Shown here piece after piece: positions 1 through 8,634 of a stretch of DNA of 53,505 nt. This DNA comes from Zoogloeaceae bacterium (GTDB lineage: Bacteria > Pseudomonadota > Gammaproteobacteria > Burkholderiales > Rhodocyclaceae): assembly GCA_031258715.1 (NCBI GenBank), contig JAIRMN010000063.1:1-53505 (forward strand). Direction: 5' to 3'. The notes below the pieces were generated by a model. The model saw nothing but the letters and a program-made list of their open reading frames with translations, did not search any database and was not told where the DNA came from. The position numbers and the translations under genes were made by a program. Numbering within the stretch: the first letter of the stretch is position 1; each line of letters opens with the position of its first letter.

Positions 1-1
1 C

Positions 2-115
2 CACGAAAAACCCCCACGCCGATTGCTCCCTGATGTTGTATGGCTTGCCGTTCTTCTGGCTCACGCCTGTCTTGACATCCAACTCCTCGCTCCTGACTTC
101 AACCTTGATGCTCAT
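2..115 (-). CDS. Filamentous-phage gene V-like ssDNA-binding protein (5' part; runs off the window edge)
   Basis: Not in the ORF track. Manual translation MSIKVEVRSEELDVKTGVSQKNGKPYNIREQSAWGFFV resembles the N-terminus of M13 g5p (MIKVEIK...SGVSRQGKPYSLNEQ). GAGGAG RBS just upstream of the ATG at 115. Confidence 0.85.
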   Translation of the reverse strand, partial: MSIKVEVRSEELDVKTGVSQKNGKPYNIREQSAWGFFV

Positions 116-178
116 TTCGCCTACTCCTCTTCATCGTCAAAACGCCGGAAAAGCCCGGCAACTGCAGCCTTGCGGACT

Positions 179-250
179 GGCAAACTACACAAAATGTGTA
201 GTTTGCCGACGAAACTACATTACTTGTGAAGACTTGTCAAGTCATGTAGT
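179..250. promoter_or_regulatory. Putative repressor operators in the divergent phage control region
   Basis: Perfect 12-bp inverted repeat GGCAAACTACAC-N5-GTGTAGTTTGCC (179-207); related ACTACAT...ATGTAGT half-sites (214-250); palindrome GACTTG-T-CAAGTC (231-243). Confidence 0.55.
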
Positions 251-283
251 GCAAAATAAAATCAATTACAGGAGGACAGCAAA

Positions 284-559
284 ATGAACACTTACCAAAA
301 ATGCAAGGAAGTTATGCAAAACAACGATTGGAGCCAGCGACAGCTAGCGGGTATGCTGGAAATACCAGAACAAGTAGTGTCGGATGTACTAAAAAACAGA
401 CGAGCGATCCCGACCCACGCCTTCATCAAACTAGAAAGACTGCGAGGAATAGACGCAAACAAGATACTTGACGAACTGGCAAGCAAGGCAAACTGGCGCG
501 CCCGAGACGATTCGAACGTCCGACCCCTGCCTTCGGAGGGCAGTACTCTATCCAGCTGA
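284..559 (+). CDS. XRE/Cro-C1-type HTH regulator (probable phage repressor); C-terminus encoded antisense to the tRNA
   Basis: [37 protein letters not shown] is an HTH pattern; overlaps the tRNA at 494-559. Confidence 0.8.
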   Translation: MNTYQKCKEVMQNNDWSQRQLAGMLEIPEQVVSDVLKNRRAIPTHAFIKLERLRGIDANKILDELASKANWRARDDSNVRPLPSEGSTLSS

Positions 560-570
560 GCTACGGGCGC
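494..570 (-). tRNA. tRNA-Arg (CCG)
   Basis: Reverse complement GCGCCCGTAGCTCAGCTGGATAGAGTACTGCCCTCCGAAGGCAGGGGTCGGACGTTCGAATCGTCTCGGGCGCGCCA: 77 nt, cloverleaf, TTCGAA T-loop, encoded CCA. Confidence 0.97.
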
Positions 571-680
571 GCAGTGGGGCGCGATGATACTGGTTTTGTC
601 GGGCAGCGTCCATTATTTCGTCGGTTTTGGGCGCTGGCGGTATAATCAAGGCTTTCCAATTTACAGGGAAGGACGCTGAC

Positions 681-1172
681 ATGAACCGGATTCTATTGTA
701 TGCGGTCGTAATTGTATCGGGTCTGTTTTTGGCGGTTGCCGTGCCTTTGGCGCTAAAAGACGGCGCGAAGCCTTCGGCGGGGGATACGACGCAGCGCATT
801 GCGCCGGTAGCCCGTTTTGAATTGCAGGGCGCAGCACAGCCAGAGGTCGTGGCGGCGGGCGAGAGCGCGGCGGATCCGGCGGCGGAAAGCGCGGCAGATC
901 CGGAAAGCCCCGCGCCTTCGGCGGCGAAGGACGGCGCGAGCGTCTATGCTTCGCTCTGTTTCACCTGCCATGACTATGGCGTTGCCGGAGCGCCCAAGAA
1001 GGGCGACAAAGCGGCCTGGACAAGTCGTCTGGCGGCGGGCGAAGAGGCGCTTTACGCGACGGCGCTGAACGGCAAGAAGGGAACCACCATGCTGCCCAAG
1101 GGCGGGAATCCGGCCTTGTCGGAGGCTGAGGTCAAGGCCGCTGTGGATTATTTGATTGCTTCCGCGCGTTGA
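681..1172 (+). CDS. Cytochrome c5 family protein
   Basis: N-terminal TM helix, CFTCH haem motif, GVAGAPKKGDKAAW and MLPKGG motifs. Start refined to ATG 681. Confidence 0.9.
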   Translation: MNRILLYAVVIVSGLFLAVAVPLALKDGAKPSAGDTTQRIAPVARFELQGAAQPEVVAAGESAADPAAESAADPESPAPSAAKDGASVYASLCFTCHDYGVAGAPKKGDKAAWTSRLAAGEEALYATALNGKKGTTMLPKGGNPALSEAEVKAAVDYLIASAR

Positions 1173-1350
1173 TTGTGATTGCTTCCGCGCATCGAGCGCC
1201 TGAAGGCTTCTGGGGACGATCCCGGCAGACAGGGACGCGGGGCGAGGCGTCTGGGTGGATCGTTTTTGACGCGATTCTCCTGAAAGCGCCCTGAACGCGA
1301 TAAAATAGCCATATTTTTCCCGAAACAAGAAAAACGGCGGACATTCGCAC

Positions 1351-2400
1351 ATGTTGAACCGGAAGACGGAACATGCTTCTTCGCAGCGGAAAGGATGGCT
1401 TCTGCTAGGACTGGTGGCGGGCGTCATCCTGGCGTCAGGCTTCTATTTCCACTTGCGCGCTTCCAGTGTGGCGGCCCCGGCGAATGAGGTTTTGCGCAAT
1501 GATCCGATGACGGCGCCCAGTATGCGCCTGGACGAACCCCTGATGCCCATCCGTGAGCCGACGACGTTGGACGCGCAGAAAGTAGCGTTGGGAAAACTCC
1601 TGTTTCATGACGCGCGGCTTTCCCGTGACGGCGGCGTCAGTTGCGCTTCCTGTCACGATTTGGCGAAGGGCGGCGTGGATCGGCGCGCTCGTTCTCTTGG
1701 CGTGAATGGGCGGGAGGGTGAAATCAACGCGCCGACGGTATATAACGCCGCCTTCAATTTCCGTCAGTTCTGGGACGGGCGCGTGGGCAGCCTGGAAGAG
1801 CAGGTGAGCGGGCCTGTGCTCAATCCGGTGGAAATGGCGAATACCTGGGATCGGGTGCTGGCGACCCTGCGCGCGGACGTGCGGATGGCTTCGTCTTTTC
1901 GCGCCATTTATCAGTCGGAACCCACGATGGCGGCGGTTCAGGACGCCATTGCCGAATTCGAGCGTTCCTTGGTGACGCCTTCGCGCATGGATCGCTGGCT
2001 CTTGGGCGACGCAGGCGCGCTCTCGGACGAGGAACTGGAGGGTTATCGTCTTTTCCGTCGGCATGGTTGCGTGGCCTGTCATCAGGGGGAAAATATCGGC
2101 GGTAACCTTTTTCAGCGTTTTGGCGTGATGCAGGATTATTTTGCGGGAAAGAAGGCGACGACGGCAGACTTGGGGCGTTACAACGTCACGGGGCGCGAAG
2201 AGGACAAATACGTGTTCAAGGTGCCCAGCCTGCGGAATGTAGCGTTGACGCCGCCATACTTCCATGACGCTTCGACGGATTCCCTGGATGAAGCGGTGGC
2301 GCTCATGGGGCGTTTTCAGTTGGGGGTGGACCTATCCCAAGAGGATGTTTCATCCATCGTGCTCTTTTTGCACACCCTGACCGGGGAGAAATTGCAATGA
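1351..2400 (+). CDS. Di-haem cytochrome c peroxidase (CcpA/MauG family)
   Basis: CASCH and CVACH; NAPTVYN, QFWDGR, FKVPSLRNVALTPPYFHD motifs. Confidence 0.92.
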   Translation: MLNRKTEHASSQRKGWLLLGLVAGVILASGFYFHLRASSVAAPANEVLRNDPMTAPSMRLDEPLMPIREPTTLDAQKVALGKLLFHDARLSRDGGVSCASCHDLAKGGVDRRARSLGVNGREGEINAPTVYNAAFNFRQFWDGRVGSLEEQVSGPVLNPVEMANTWDRVLATLRADVRMASSFRAIYQSEPTMAAVQDAIAEFERSLVTPSRMDRWLLGDAGALSDEELEGYRLFRRHGCVACHQGENIGGNLFQRFGVMQDYFAGKKATTADLGRYNVTGREEDKYVFKVPSLRNVALTPPYFHDASTDSLDEAVALMGRFQLGVDLSQEDVSSIVLFLHTLTGEKLQ

Positions 2401-5279
2401 GACCGAAACTCGTTTGGCGCACCCTCATGCCCTGGTTGTTGCTGGTGGTTTTGGGCGGCGCGCTGTTCATGTTCTACATTCAGAGCAGCGTGATCGACGA
2501 CAAGGCGCGCGATCGGGTTGAACTGGACATGCGCCATGTCCTGGCGCTGGATACTCGCATCAACCTGGACGTGTTGCGGCTGCGTCATCGTCAGTTGCAG
2601 GGCTACGATACGCTGGCGAATTCCACCTTGCAGGTGACGAATCTGCTGCAAGGCTTGCAGACGCAGTTTGAGCGGATGGGGCGTCCGGAAGCCTTGGCTT
2701 CGGCTCTCCAGGCATGGCGCGTGAAAGAGATGGCGCTGGATGATTTCAAGCGCCAGAATACCGTGCTGGTCAATTCCCTCTATCACTTCGTCAATCTTTC
2801 CCGGCAGCTTCAGACGGCGAAAATGGGCAGCGTCGATCTGTTGAACGCCATTACCCGCGACGTCCTGGTCTTCGTCAATGAGCAGCAGACAGAAGAAATC
2901 CCGGCTATTTTTGCCCACTTGGACCAACTGGAGGCGGTCAGCAAGACCTGGCCGGACGAGGAGTCGATGCGCGGCACGCTGCTCGCGGCGCACGCGCGGC
3001 AAATTGTGAATAACCACCTGCCGGTACAACGCCTGATGCTTGCCATCTCGCGCAACCACTTTACGCAGGACATGGAACTGGCTTATGGCGAATACATTCG
3101 CGCCTACAACCAGGCGGCGGTGCGGGCGGAATACTATCGGCAACTGATGGCGGTATTTTCGCTGATCATGGTGGTGGCGGTAGTGCTGATCATGCTGCGT
3201 CTGCAATATACGGCGCGGGAACTAGAACGCAGTCACACCCTGCTGGGCAACATCGCCAACCATCTGGGCGAAGGCATCCTGAGTTTTGATGGCGAGGGGC
3301 GGTTGAACTTCATGAACCGGCGCGCCGAAATCCTGTTGGGCCGACGCAAGGCGGATTTGCTAGGGCGCGATCTGCTGGAAATCTGGCCGCGCGAATCCCA
3401 GTCGGATTCCGCTTTCCACTCCGCGCGCCAGGTGGGACGTTCATTTGAGGGGGAAGAGTGGTTGTGTCGCGCCAATGGCGAGCATTTTCCGGCTTTCTTC
3501 CTGGGCGGGCCGTTGTCGAGTCCGGATGAAGCGGGCGTCACGCAGGGCTATGTGGCCTCTTTCCGGGATGTCACCGCGCAACATCAATCCGATGCGCGCC
3601 TGCGCATTGCCGCCAGCGTCTTTGACAGCCTTTCCGAGGCCATGACCATTACCGGACCGGATGGCCGGATCATTTCGATCAATCCGGCCTTTTCCCAGAT
3701 TACTGGCTTCAGCGAAGCCGAGGCGCAGGGCAGGACGCCGGGCGAACTCCTGGGTTCCGGCCTGCATGGCAAGGAATTTTTCCACGACATGTGGCGCATC
3801 CTGAACGAGACGGATCGCTGGCAGGGAGAAATCATCAATCGCCGCAAGAATGGCGAAACGTATCCTGAATGGCTTTCCATTACGGCGGTGCGCAACGAGG
3901 AAGGCGACGTGGCGCAGTACATCGCGCTCTTTTCCGACATTTCCGAGCGCAAGCAGGTGGAAGCCCGGATCAATCGTTTGTCCTATCACGATCTGCTGAC
4001 AGGGCTGGCCAACCGGATGCTGTTCCAGGATCGCCTGGAAACAGCGGTACGGCAGGCGCATCGCAGTCATCGTCCGCTGGCGGTCATCCTGTTCGATCTG
4101 GATCATTTCAAGAACATCAATGATTCCCTGGAGCATCACGCGGGCGACACGTTGCTGTCCGCGGTGGGGCAGCGGGTGCAGGCGTTGCTGCATGAAGGCG
4201 ACACCCTGGCGCGGCTTTCCGGCGACGAATTCGCCATTTTGCTGCCGGATGGCATTACTTCCCACGCGGACGCCGCCAAACACGCCAGCCTCGTCATGAA
4301 CGCCTTTGCCGCGCCGTTCGGACTGGAAGAGCGGGAAATACACATCACGGTCAGTATTGGTATCGTCGTCTATCCCGCCGATGGCGAAACTTGGGAAACC
4401 CTATTGAAGAACGCCGATGTGGCATTGCACAACGCCAAGAGCGCCGGACGCGCTACTTTCCGTTTCTTCCAGGAAAGCGACAGCCTGTATTCGCTGGAGC
4501 GCCTAGAGCTGGAAAACGATCTGCGCCACGCCATCCGGCGCGACGAATTGCGTCTTTACTATCAGCCGCAGGTCGAACCGCAGAGCGGCATGGTTTATGG
4601 CGTGGAAGCCCTGTGTTACTGGCAGCATCCCACGCGCGGCCTGCTCATGCCCAATGATTTCATCGGCCTGGCGGAAAATTCCGGCTATATCGAAATCTTG
4701 GGACGCTGGTGCCTGGAAAACGGTTGCCGACAACTGGTGGAATGGCAGCGTTCCGGCCTGCCGATACAGTGGGTAGCCATCAATGTTTCCGCCCGCCAGT
4801 TCCGCAATCCCGGCTTCACGGAAATGGTGCTGGAAATCATCGAGGCCACCGGCATCAGTCCGAATTGCCTGGAGCTTGAACTGACCGAATCCTCGATGGC
4901 CGACGATCCGGAGCGCATCTTCAATGTGTTTGCCCGCCTGCGCAAAAAAGGCTTGCGGATTGCCATCGATGATTTTGGCACCGGATATTCTTCACTTTCC
5001 TACCTGGCGCGTTATCCGGTGGATGTGGTCAAGATCGACAGGAGCTTCATCGACGGCATCGCGAGCGATGGCGATCAGAATACCTTTTCGCTTGTGCAGG
5101 CCGTGGTGCTGATGGCGCATACCCTGCACATGGAAACCGTTGCGGAAGGCGTGGAGACCGAAGCGCAGCGCCGCTGCCTGATGGAAACGCAGTGCGACCT
5201 GTTGCAAGGCTATCTCTATTCCCGTCCCTGCCTTGCTCCCGCGCTCATCGACTTGCCCTGCGTGGCCAACAACGATTGA
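2397..5279 (+). CDS. Membrane sensor with periplasmic helical (DAHL-like) domain, 2 PAS, GGDEF and EAL domains
   Basis: Two TM segments, PAS/PAC motifs, HDLLTGLANR, SGDEF, EAL, DDFGTGYSS, AEGVET. ATGA overlap with the peroxidase gene. Confidence 0.92.
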   Translation: MRPKLVWRTLMPWLLLVVLGGALFMFYIQSSVIDDKARDRVELDMRHVLALDTRINLDVLRLRHRQLQGYDTLANSTLQVTNLLQGLQTQFERMGRPEALASALQAWRVKEMALDDFKRQNTVLVNSLYHFVNLSRQLQTAKMGSVDLLNAITRDVLVFVNEQQTEEIPAIFAHLDQLEAVSKTWPDEESMRGTLLAAHARQIVNNHLPVQRLMLAISRNHFTQDMELAYGEYIRAYNQAAVRAEYYRQLMAVFSLIMVVAVVLIMLRLQYTARELERSHTLLGNIANHLGEGILSFDGEGRLNFMNRRAEILLGRRKADLLGRDLLEIWPRESQSDSAFHSARQVGRSFEGEEWLCRANGEHFPAFFLGGPLSSPDEAGVTQGYVASFRDVTAQHQSDARLRIAASVFDSLSEAMTITGPDGRIISINPAFSQITGFSEAEAQGRTPGELLGSGLHGKEFFHDMWRILNETDRWQGEIINRRKNGETYPEWLSITAVRNEEGDVAQYIALFSDISERKQVEARINRLSYHDLLTGLANRMLFQDRLETAVRQAHRSHRPLAVILFDLDHFKNINDSLEHHAGDTLLSAVGQRVQALLHEGDTLARLSGDEFAILLPDGITSHADAAKHASLVMNAFAAPFGLEEREIHITVSIGIVVYPADGETWETLLKNADVALHNAKSAGRATFRFFQESDSLYSLERLELENDLRHAIRRDELRLYYQPQVEPQSGMVYGVEALCYWQHPTRGLLMPNDFIGLAENSGYIEILGRWCLENGCRQLVEWQRSGLPIQWVAINVSARQFRNPGFTEMVLEIIEATGISPNCLELELTESSMADDPERIFNVFARLRKKGLRIAIDDFGTGYSSLSYLARYPVDVVKIDRSFIDGIASDGDQNTFSLVQAVVLMAHTLHMETVAEGVETEAQRRCLMETQCDLLQGYLYSRPCLAPALIDLPCVANND

Positions 5280-5295
5280 GTCTGCCGGAAAACCG

Positions 5296-5625
5296 ATGCA
5301 CTTCATCTATCTGGCGCTTGCCATCGTGGCCGAAGTCGTGGCGACGACCAGCCTGAAAGCTTGCGCGGGCTTTACGCGCTTCTGGCCATCCTGTGTGGTG
5401 ATCGTGGGTTATTGCCTTGCTTTTTTCTTTTTGTCGCGCGTCATGGAAAGACTGCCAGTTGGCGTCATCTACGCGATCTGGTCGGGCGCGGGCATCGCGC
5501 TCATCACTGTCGCCGCATGGTTCTTCTACGGCCAGCGCCTAGATTTGCCCGCCCTCCTCGGCATCAGCCTGATTCTTGCGGGCGTCGTGGTGCTGAACGT
5601 GTTTTCGCAATCGCTGGCGCATTGA
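5296..5625 (+). CDS. SMR family small multidrug efflux transporter (EmrE/QacE-like)
   Basis: 109 aa, 4 TM segments, LAIVAEVVATTSLK with the conserved Glu, YAIWSGAG. Confidence 0.92.
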   Translation: MHFIYLALAIVAEVVATTSLKACAGFTRFWPSCVVIVGYCLAFFFLSRVMERLPVGVIYAIWSGAGIALITVAAWFFYGQRLDLPALLGISLILAGVVVLNVFSQSLAH

Positions 5626-5649
5626 CGCCTGCGGCGTGTGGGGTTTTTT

Positions 5650-6174
5650 ATGGTGAAACTTTTGAAACTCGTTGGTGTGTTGCTGCTTCTTGGCGTAGCG
5701 GTTTTTCTTGTGCGGAATCGGGGGGTATCCCTCGATCTGAACCAGTTTTCCGCCAGCATGGGTGAAAACGAAGTCCAGCAGGCGCTTCCTGATCTCGGAC
5801 TGAAATGCACGGGCACAGAACCTGGTTTTTCTCTTGGTAGTCGCGTCTGCCACGCAAACCTGGATGCTTTCAATGGCATCGAAACCAAGCAGATTGCTTT
5901 TTTCTTCAAGAGGAAACGCCTAGCCAACTTCAAGATAGACGTTCCGTGGCAAAGTCATCGTGCCATGATAGATAAATTGAACGGAAGCTATGGCTTGCCC
6001 ACGAGTGAACAGGCAAGGCTGCATGGCGGCGTACGCCTTGCGGTTTGGAAAATCGAAGGCGGCTACTTGCACTATGATCTGGAGGCGAATCAAAGCGCCT
6101 CGCCGTGGAATACCTTGCTTTGGGTGAGTCACGAAGAGGCGGGTCCCATGAGCGGAAAATTTTCGGGGAAATGA
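5650..6174 (+). CDS. Hypothetical exported or membrane-anchored protein
   Basis: 174-aa ORF with an N-terminal hydrophobic segment, lower GC, followed by a terminator. Confidence 0.7.
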   Translation: MVKLLKLVGVLLLLGVAVFLVRNRGVSLDLNQFSASMGENEVQQALPDLGLKCTGTEPGFSLGSRVCHANLDAFNGIETKQIAFFFKRKRLANFKIDVPWQSHRAMIDKLNGSYGLPTSEQARLHGGVRLAVWKIEGGYLHYDLEANQSASPWNTLLWVSHEEAGPMSGKFSGK

Positions 6175-6179
6175 AAATC

Positions 6180-6202
6180 GCGGCGCAGTGAGCCGCTTTT
6201 TT
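6180..6202 (+). terminator. Rho-independent terminator
   Basis: GCGGC-N7-GCCGC followed by T6. Confidence 0.55.
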
Positions 6203-6685
6203 CCGTTAGAGCCTTTTGCAAAACCCCAGAGTAACAGGTTCTGCTCCAAGCAGAGCGGCAAAAAGAAGTCGCTTGTGGGGAGGCGGGATATTTGTCATTA
6301 GCAGCCTGTCGGACTTTGGCGATCAAGGGCGATAAAATGCTTCTGGAAGCCAAGAATAGAGGCTCTATCGATTGTAGAGCACCAAATCTGCCTAAATTTT
6401 CAGCAAAATGCCGCTCAGATCGGGAAGTCCGACAGACTGCTAGGTAATCTATAGCATCGGTCGCTGCGCGGCGCGCAATGCCTGCTCGCATGTCTATGTC
6501 GGGAAAACCTTCACGAAAACCCATTCGTACAAAGGCACCTTGATGGGCGTCTTCAGCGATGCGGTTACGATAAGATATCTGATCGTCGGCTTTTCTCCGC
6601 AAAACCAGCAGGTCACCGTCAAGAACGTCGAGCAAGGCGGCTTTGGAGCCGGGGAATTCAGTCAAATGTCCTGCGACTCCGTTCC

Positions 6686-6858
6686 AGCAAGAAATTAGCG
6701 ACAGCCCTTCAGGGCTGTCGGTCTGACGCCATTGGGGAGGGGTTTGCATCCCCTCCCCAATGGCTGCGGTCGAAACCCCGGCCTTCAGGCCGGGGTCTCA
6801 ACCTTCGCACCGCCCTGAAGGGCGGGGTTTCAAACCGGAGTTAGTTTTTGGATGAACG
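6686..6858 (+). repeat. 173-bp four-hairpin REP/REPIN-like element, copy 1
   Basis: Closely similar to 31090-31262 and to the reverse complement of 33114-33286; stems with TTCA/TGAA loops. Confidence 0.9.
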
Positions 6859-7180
6859 ACGGAAGAACACCGCTTCCGGCGAGGGGAAAAGCGCCTTTCC
6901 TTTTCCGCATCCCTTGCCTTCCTCGACAATCCCAGGCGTCATGGTGGTCGAGTTTGATGCCTTAGTCATGTAGAAAATGGCCGTTCGCTTCCTGGCGGCC
7001 ATTGCAGTGGAGCCATGTCCGATAAACGCGGGGGTTGTAAAAGCCCCTCTCATGGAACGACGAGGAAACCGCCATGCTACCGATCAGGACCAAGGTATTT
7101 GTCATCATTATCGCCATCGTTATGGTAAACATGGCGTGTCCTATCCAATGCGAATCAACATGAATGTGTGTGTTTCACGA

Positions 7181-8437
7181 TTATGTCTCATACGGATTTT
7201 TTGCCTCCCCGCTTCCTTCGTCAGAAGAGTCTTTTTTATTCCTGATAGCCTCATCTGCCGGAATATACCCCTTATGCTCAAAATACTTCGCCCTGAACCA
7301 CCAATCGGGCACCTCACCCTTTTCCCCGTAGGGCCGGTGGAAGTAGCAGTGATAGGAGTCTTTGTGGTCTTCCTTGACTTCCATGACGCCGATGGCCAGC
7401 GGGAACACCCACTTGTCATCACAGTTGAGATCCTCCGCCCCGGCGACATCCGGCGTGTTCAGCGGTATTTCGCAAAAAGCCTGCAACACCCGTTGATGGG
7501 GCACAAATTTTTCGGAAGAATCCATGCGGGTTTGCTCCTTGATGCCTTTCTCTTCCGCCTTCCGTTCCTCCTTGTTCTCGATGGCCTCCAGTTCCGGCTT
7601 GACGAGGCATGATCCCAACTCTTCCACGACAAAAGTCAGGGTTTGCTCCGTCTCGTTTTCTTTCAAGCCCTCCTCCTTCTTCTTGGCGAAGTTGCCGCCA
7701 ATGTCCAATGGCTTCCATTCGCCGGAAGACCCTTTCTTCTTTTTTTCCCCTTTCTTGAACACCCAAATCTTCATGCCCGTGAGATCGAGACAGGAGCGGA
7801 CGGTGGAATTTTCCGACAAGACGAGCGTTATCTTGTCGGTGAAGGGCGTCTGGGCGGGATTGTATTTCTCCGAGGTGGTAAACTGGATCGGCACGATCTT
7901 CTTCCCCGGATTCATCACCGCCAGATAGTCCAGCATCACGCACAGCCGCGGCTTTTCGTTGTTTTCCGGACGCGTCGTCTTGACCTGCTCCACCGTCTTT
8001 GCCTCAACATCGATCCAGCTCCCCGACGGCGGTCTCTCCAGACTGGCAAGGAGGTTTCGATTGAACCTTGCCGGGCCGGGAAGGAGGGCGGAGAGGATGG
8101 TGGGTGAGGATTCGGCCAGCGCGATTTGCCGGGCAAAGCGGCGGGGATTCTTGAGGAAGGCATCGCAAGGGCCATTCTGCAAGGCTTGTTCGTAGACTGT
8201 CCGTTGGTTTTGCCGGGCGAAGTTGAGGGCGGCCTCCCAAAGAGAGGATGGGGAGGATGACGCCGGGTCTGCCGGGAAAGGTTCCGCGAGGGCGGGCGGC
8301 GCAAAGGCTTCTCCGCCCGGAAAGCGCCGGGCGGTGTGGGCAAAGGCGCGGGAGGGCGCCAGAAGCGGCAACACTGCCAAAGGCAGGGAAAGCGCCAGAA
8401 AGCGGCGGCGGTTTGGGTTGTCCGGGGTCGAGGGCAT
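7181..8437 (-). CDS. Hypothetical protein with a Tat-type signal peptide
   Basis: GGAGGAG RBS before ATG 8437; NRRRFLALSLPLAVLPLLAPSRAFA. Charged, lower-GC C-terminal half. Confidence 0.7.
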   Translation of the reverse strand: MPSTPDNPNRRRFLALSLPLAVLPLLAPSRAFAHTARRFPGGEAFAPPALAEPFPADPASSSPSSLWEAALNFARQNQRTVYEQALQNGPCDAFLKNPRRFARQIALAESSPTILSALLPGPARFNRNLLASLERPPSGSWIDVEAKTVEQVKTTRPENNEKPRLCVMLDYLAVMNPGKKIVPIQFTTSEKYNPAQTPFTDKITLVLSENSTVRSCLDLTGMKIWVFKKGEKKKKGSSGEWKPLDIGGNFAKKKEEGLKENETEQTLTFVVEELGSCLVKPELEAIENKEERKAEEKGIKEQTRMDSSEKFVPHQRVLQAFCEIPLNTPDVAGAEDLNCDDKWVFPLAIGVMEVKEDHKDSYHCYFHRPYGEKGEVPDWWFRAKYFEHKGYIPADEAIRNKKDSSDEGSGEAKNPYET

Positions 8438-8463
8438 CGGTACTCCTCCGGTTTCGGGACGGC

Positions 8464-8628
8464 CTATTTCGGCAACAGCTTGATGTTGCTGCCCGTGGTG
8501 ATGGTGACATGCCCCGTGATCTTGCCGCCTTCCGGGATGCGCACGTCCTGTGTCTTGACCTGGGTGTTGGATACGTCCAGCTTCCTGAGCGAAGAGTTGA
8601 GGATTTCCAGCTTGCCGATGCCTGACAT
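8464..8628 (-). CDS. Small ORF or gene remnant (54 aa, beta-solenoid-like)
   Basis: MSGIGKLEILNSSLRKLDVSNTQVKTQDVRIPEGGKITGHVTITTGSNIKLLPK; host-like codon usage; below the ORF-track length cutoff. Confidence 0.45.
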   Translation of the reverse strand: MSGIGKLEILNSSLRKLDVSNTQVKTQDVRIPEGGKITGHVTITTGSNIKLLPK

Positions 8629-8634
8629 AGAGGG

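Larger units (their letters stand above)
1..493. mobile_element. End of a probable inovirus-like prophage abutting the 3' end of tRNA-Arg
   Basis: Lower GC than the flanking DNA; g5p-like gene plus divergent HTH gene; ends exactly at the tRNA CCA end. No integrase is visible in the window. Confidence 0.75.

Noticed and set aside
6129..6749. 206-aa minus-strand ORF as an intact gene
   Set aside because: It starts inside the repeat, overlaps a terminator and the convergent gene, and has no recognisable motif.
6686..6858. Hairpin element as a CRISPR array or IscB/TnpB omega RNA
   Set aside because: There is no regular repeat-spacer periodicity and no cas, iscB or tnpB gene in the window. The similarity is limited to CCCTGAAGGG-type hairpins common to HUH-element ends.
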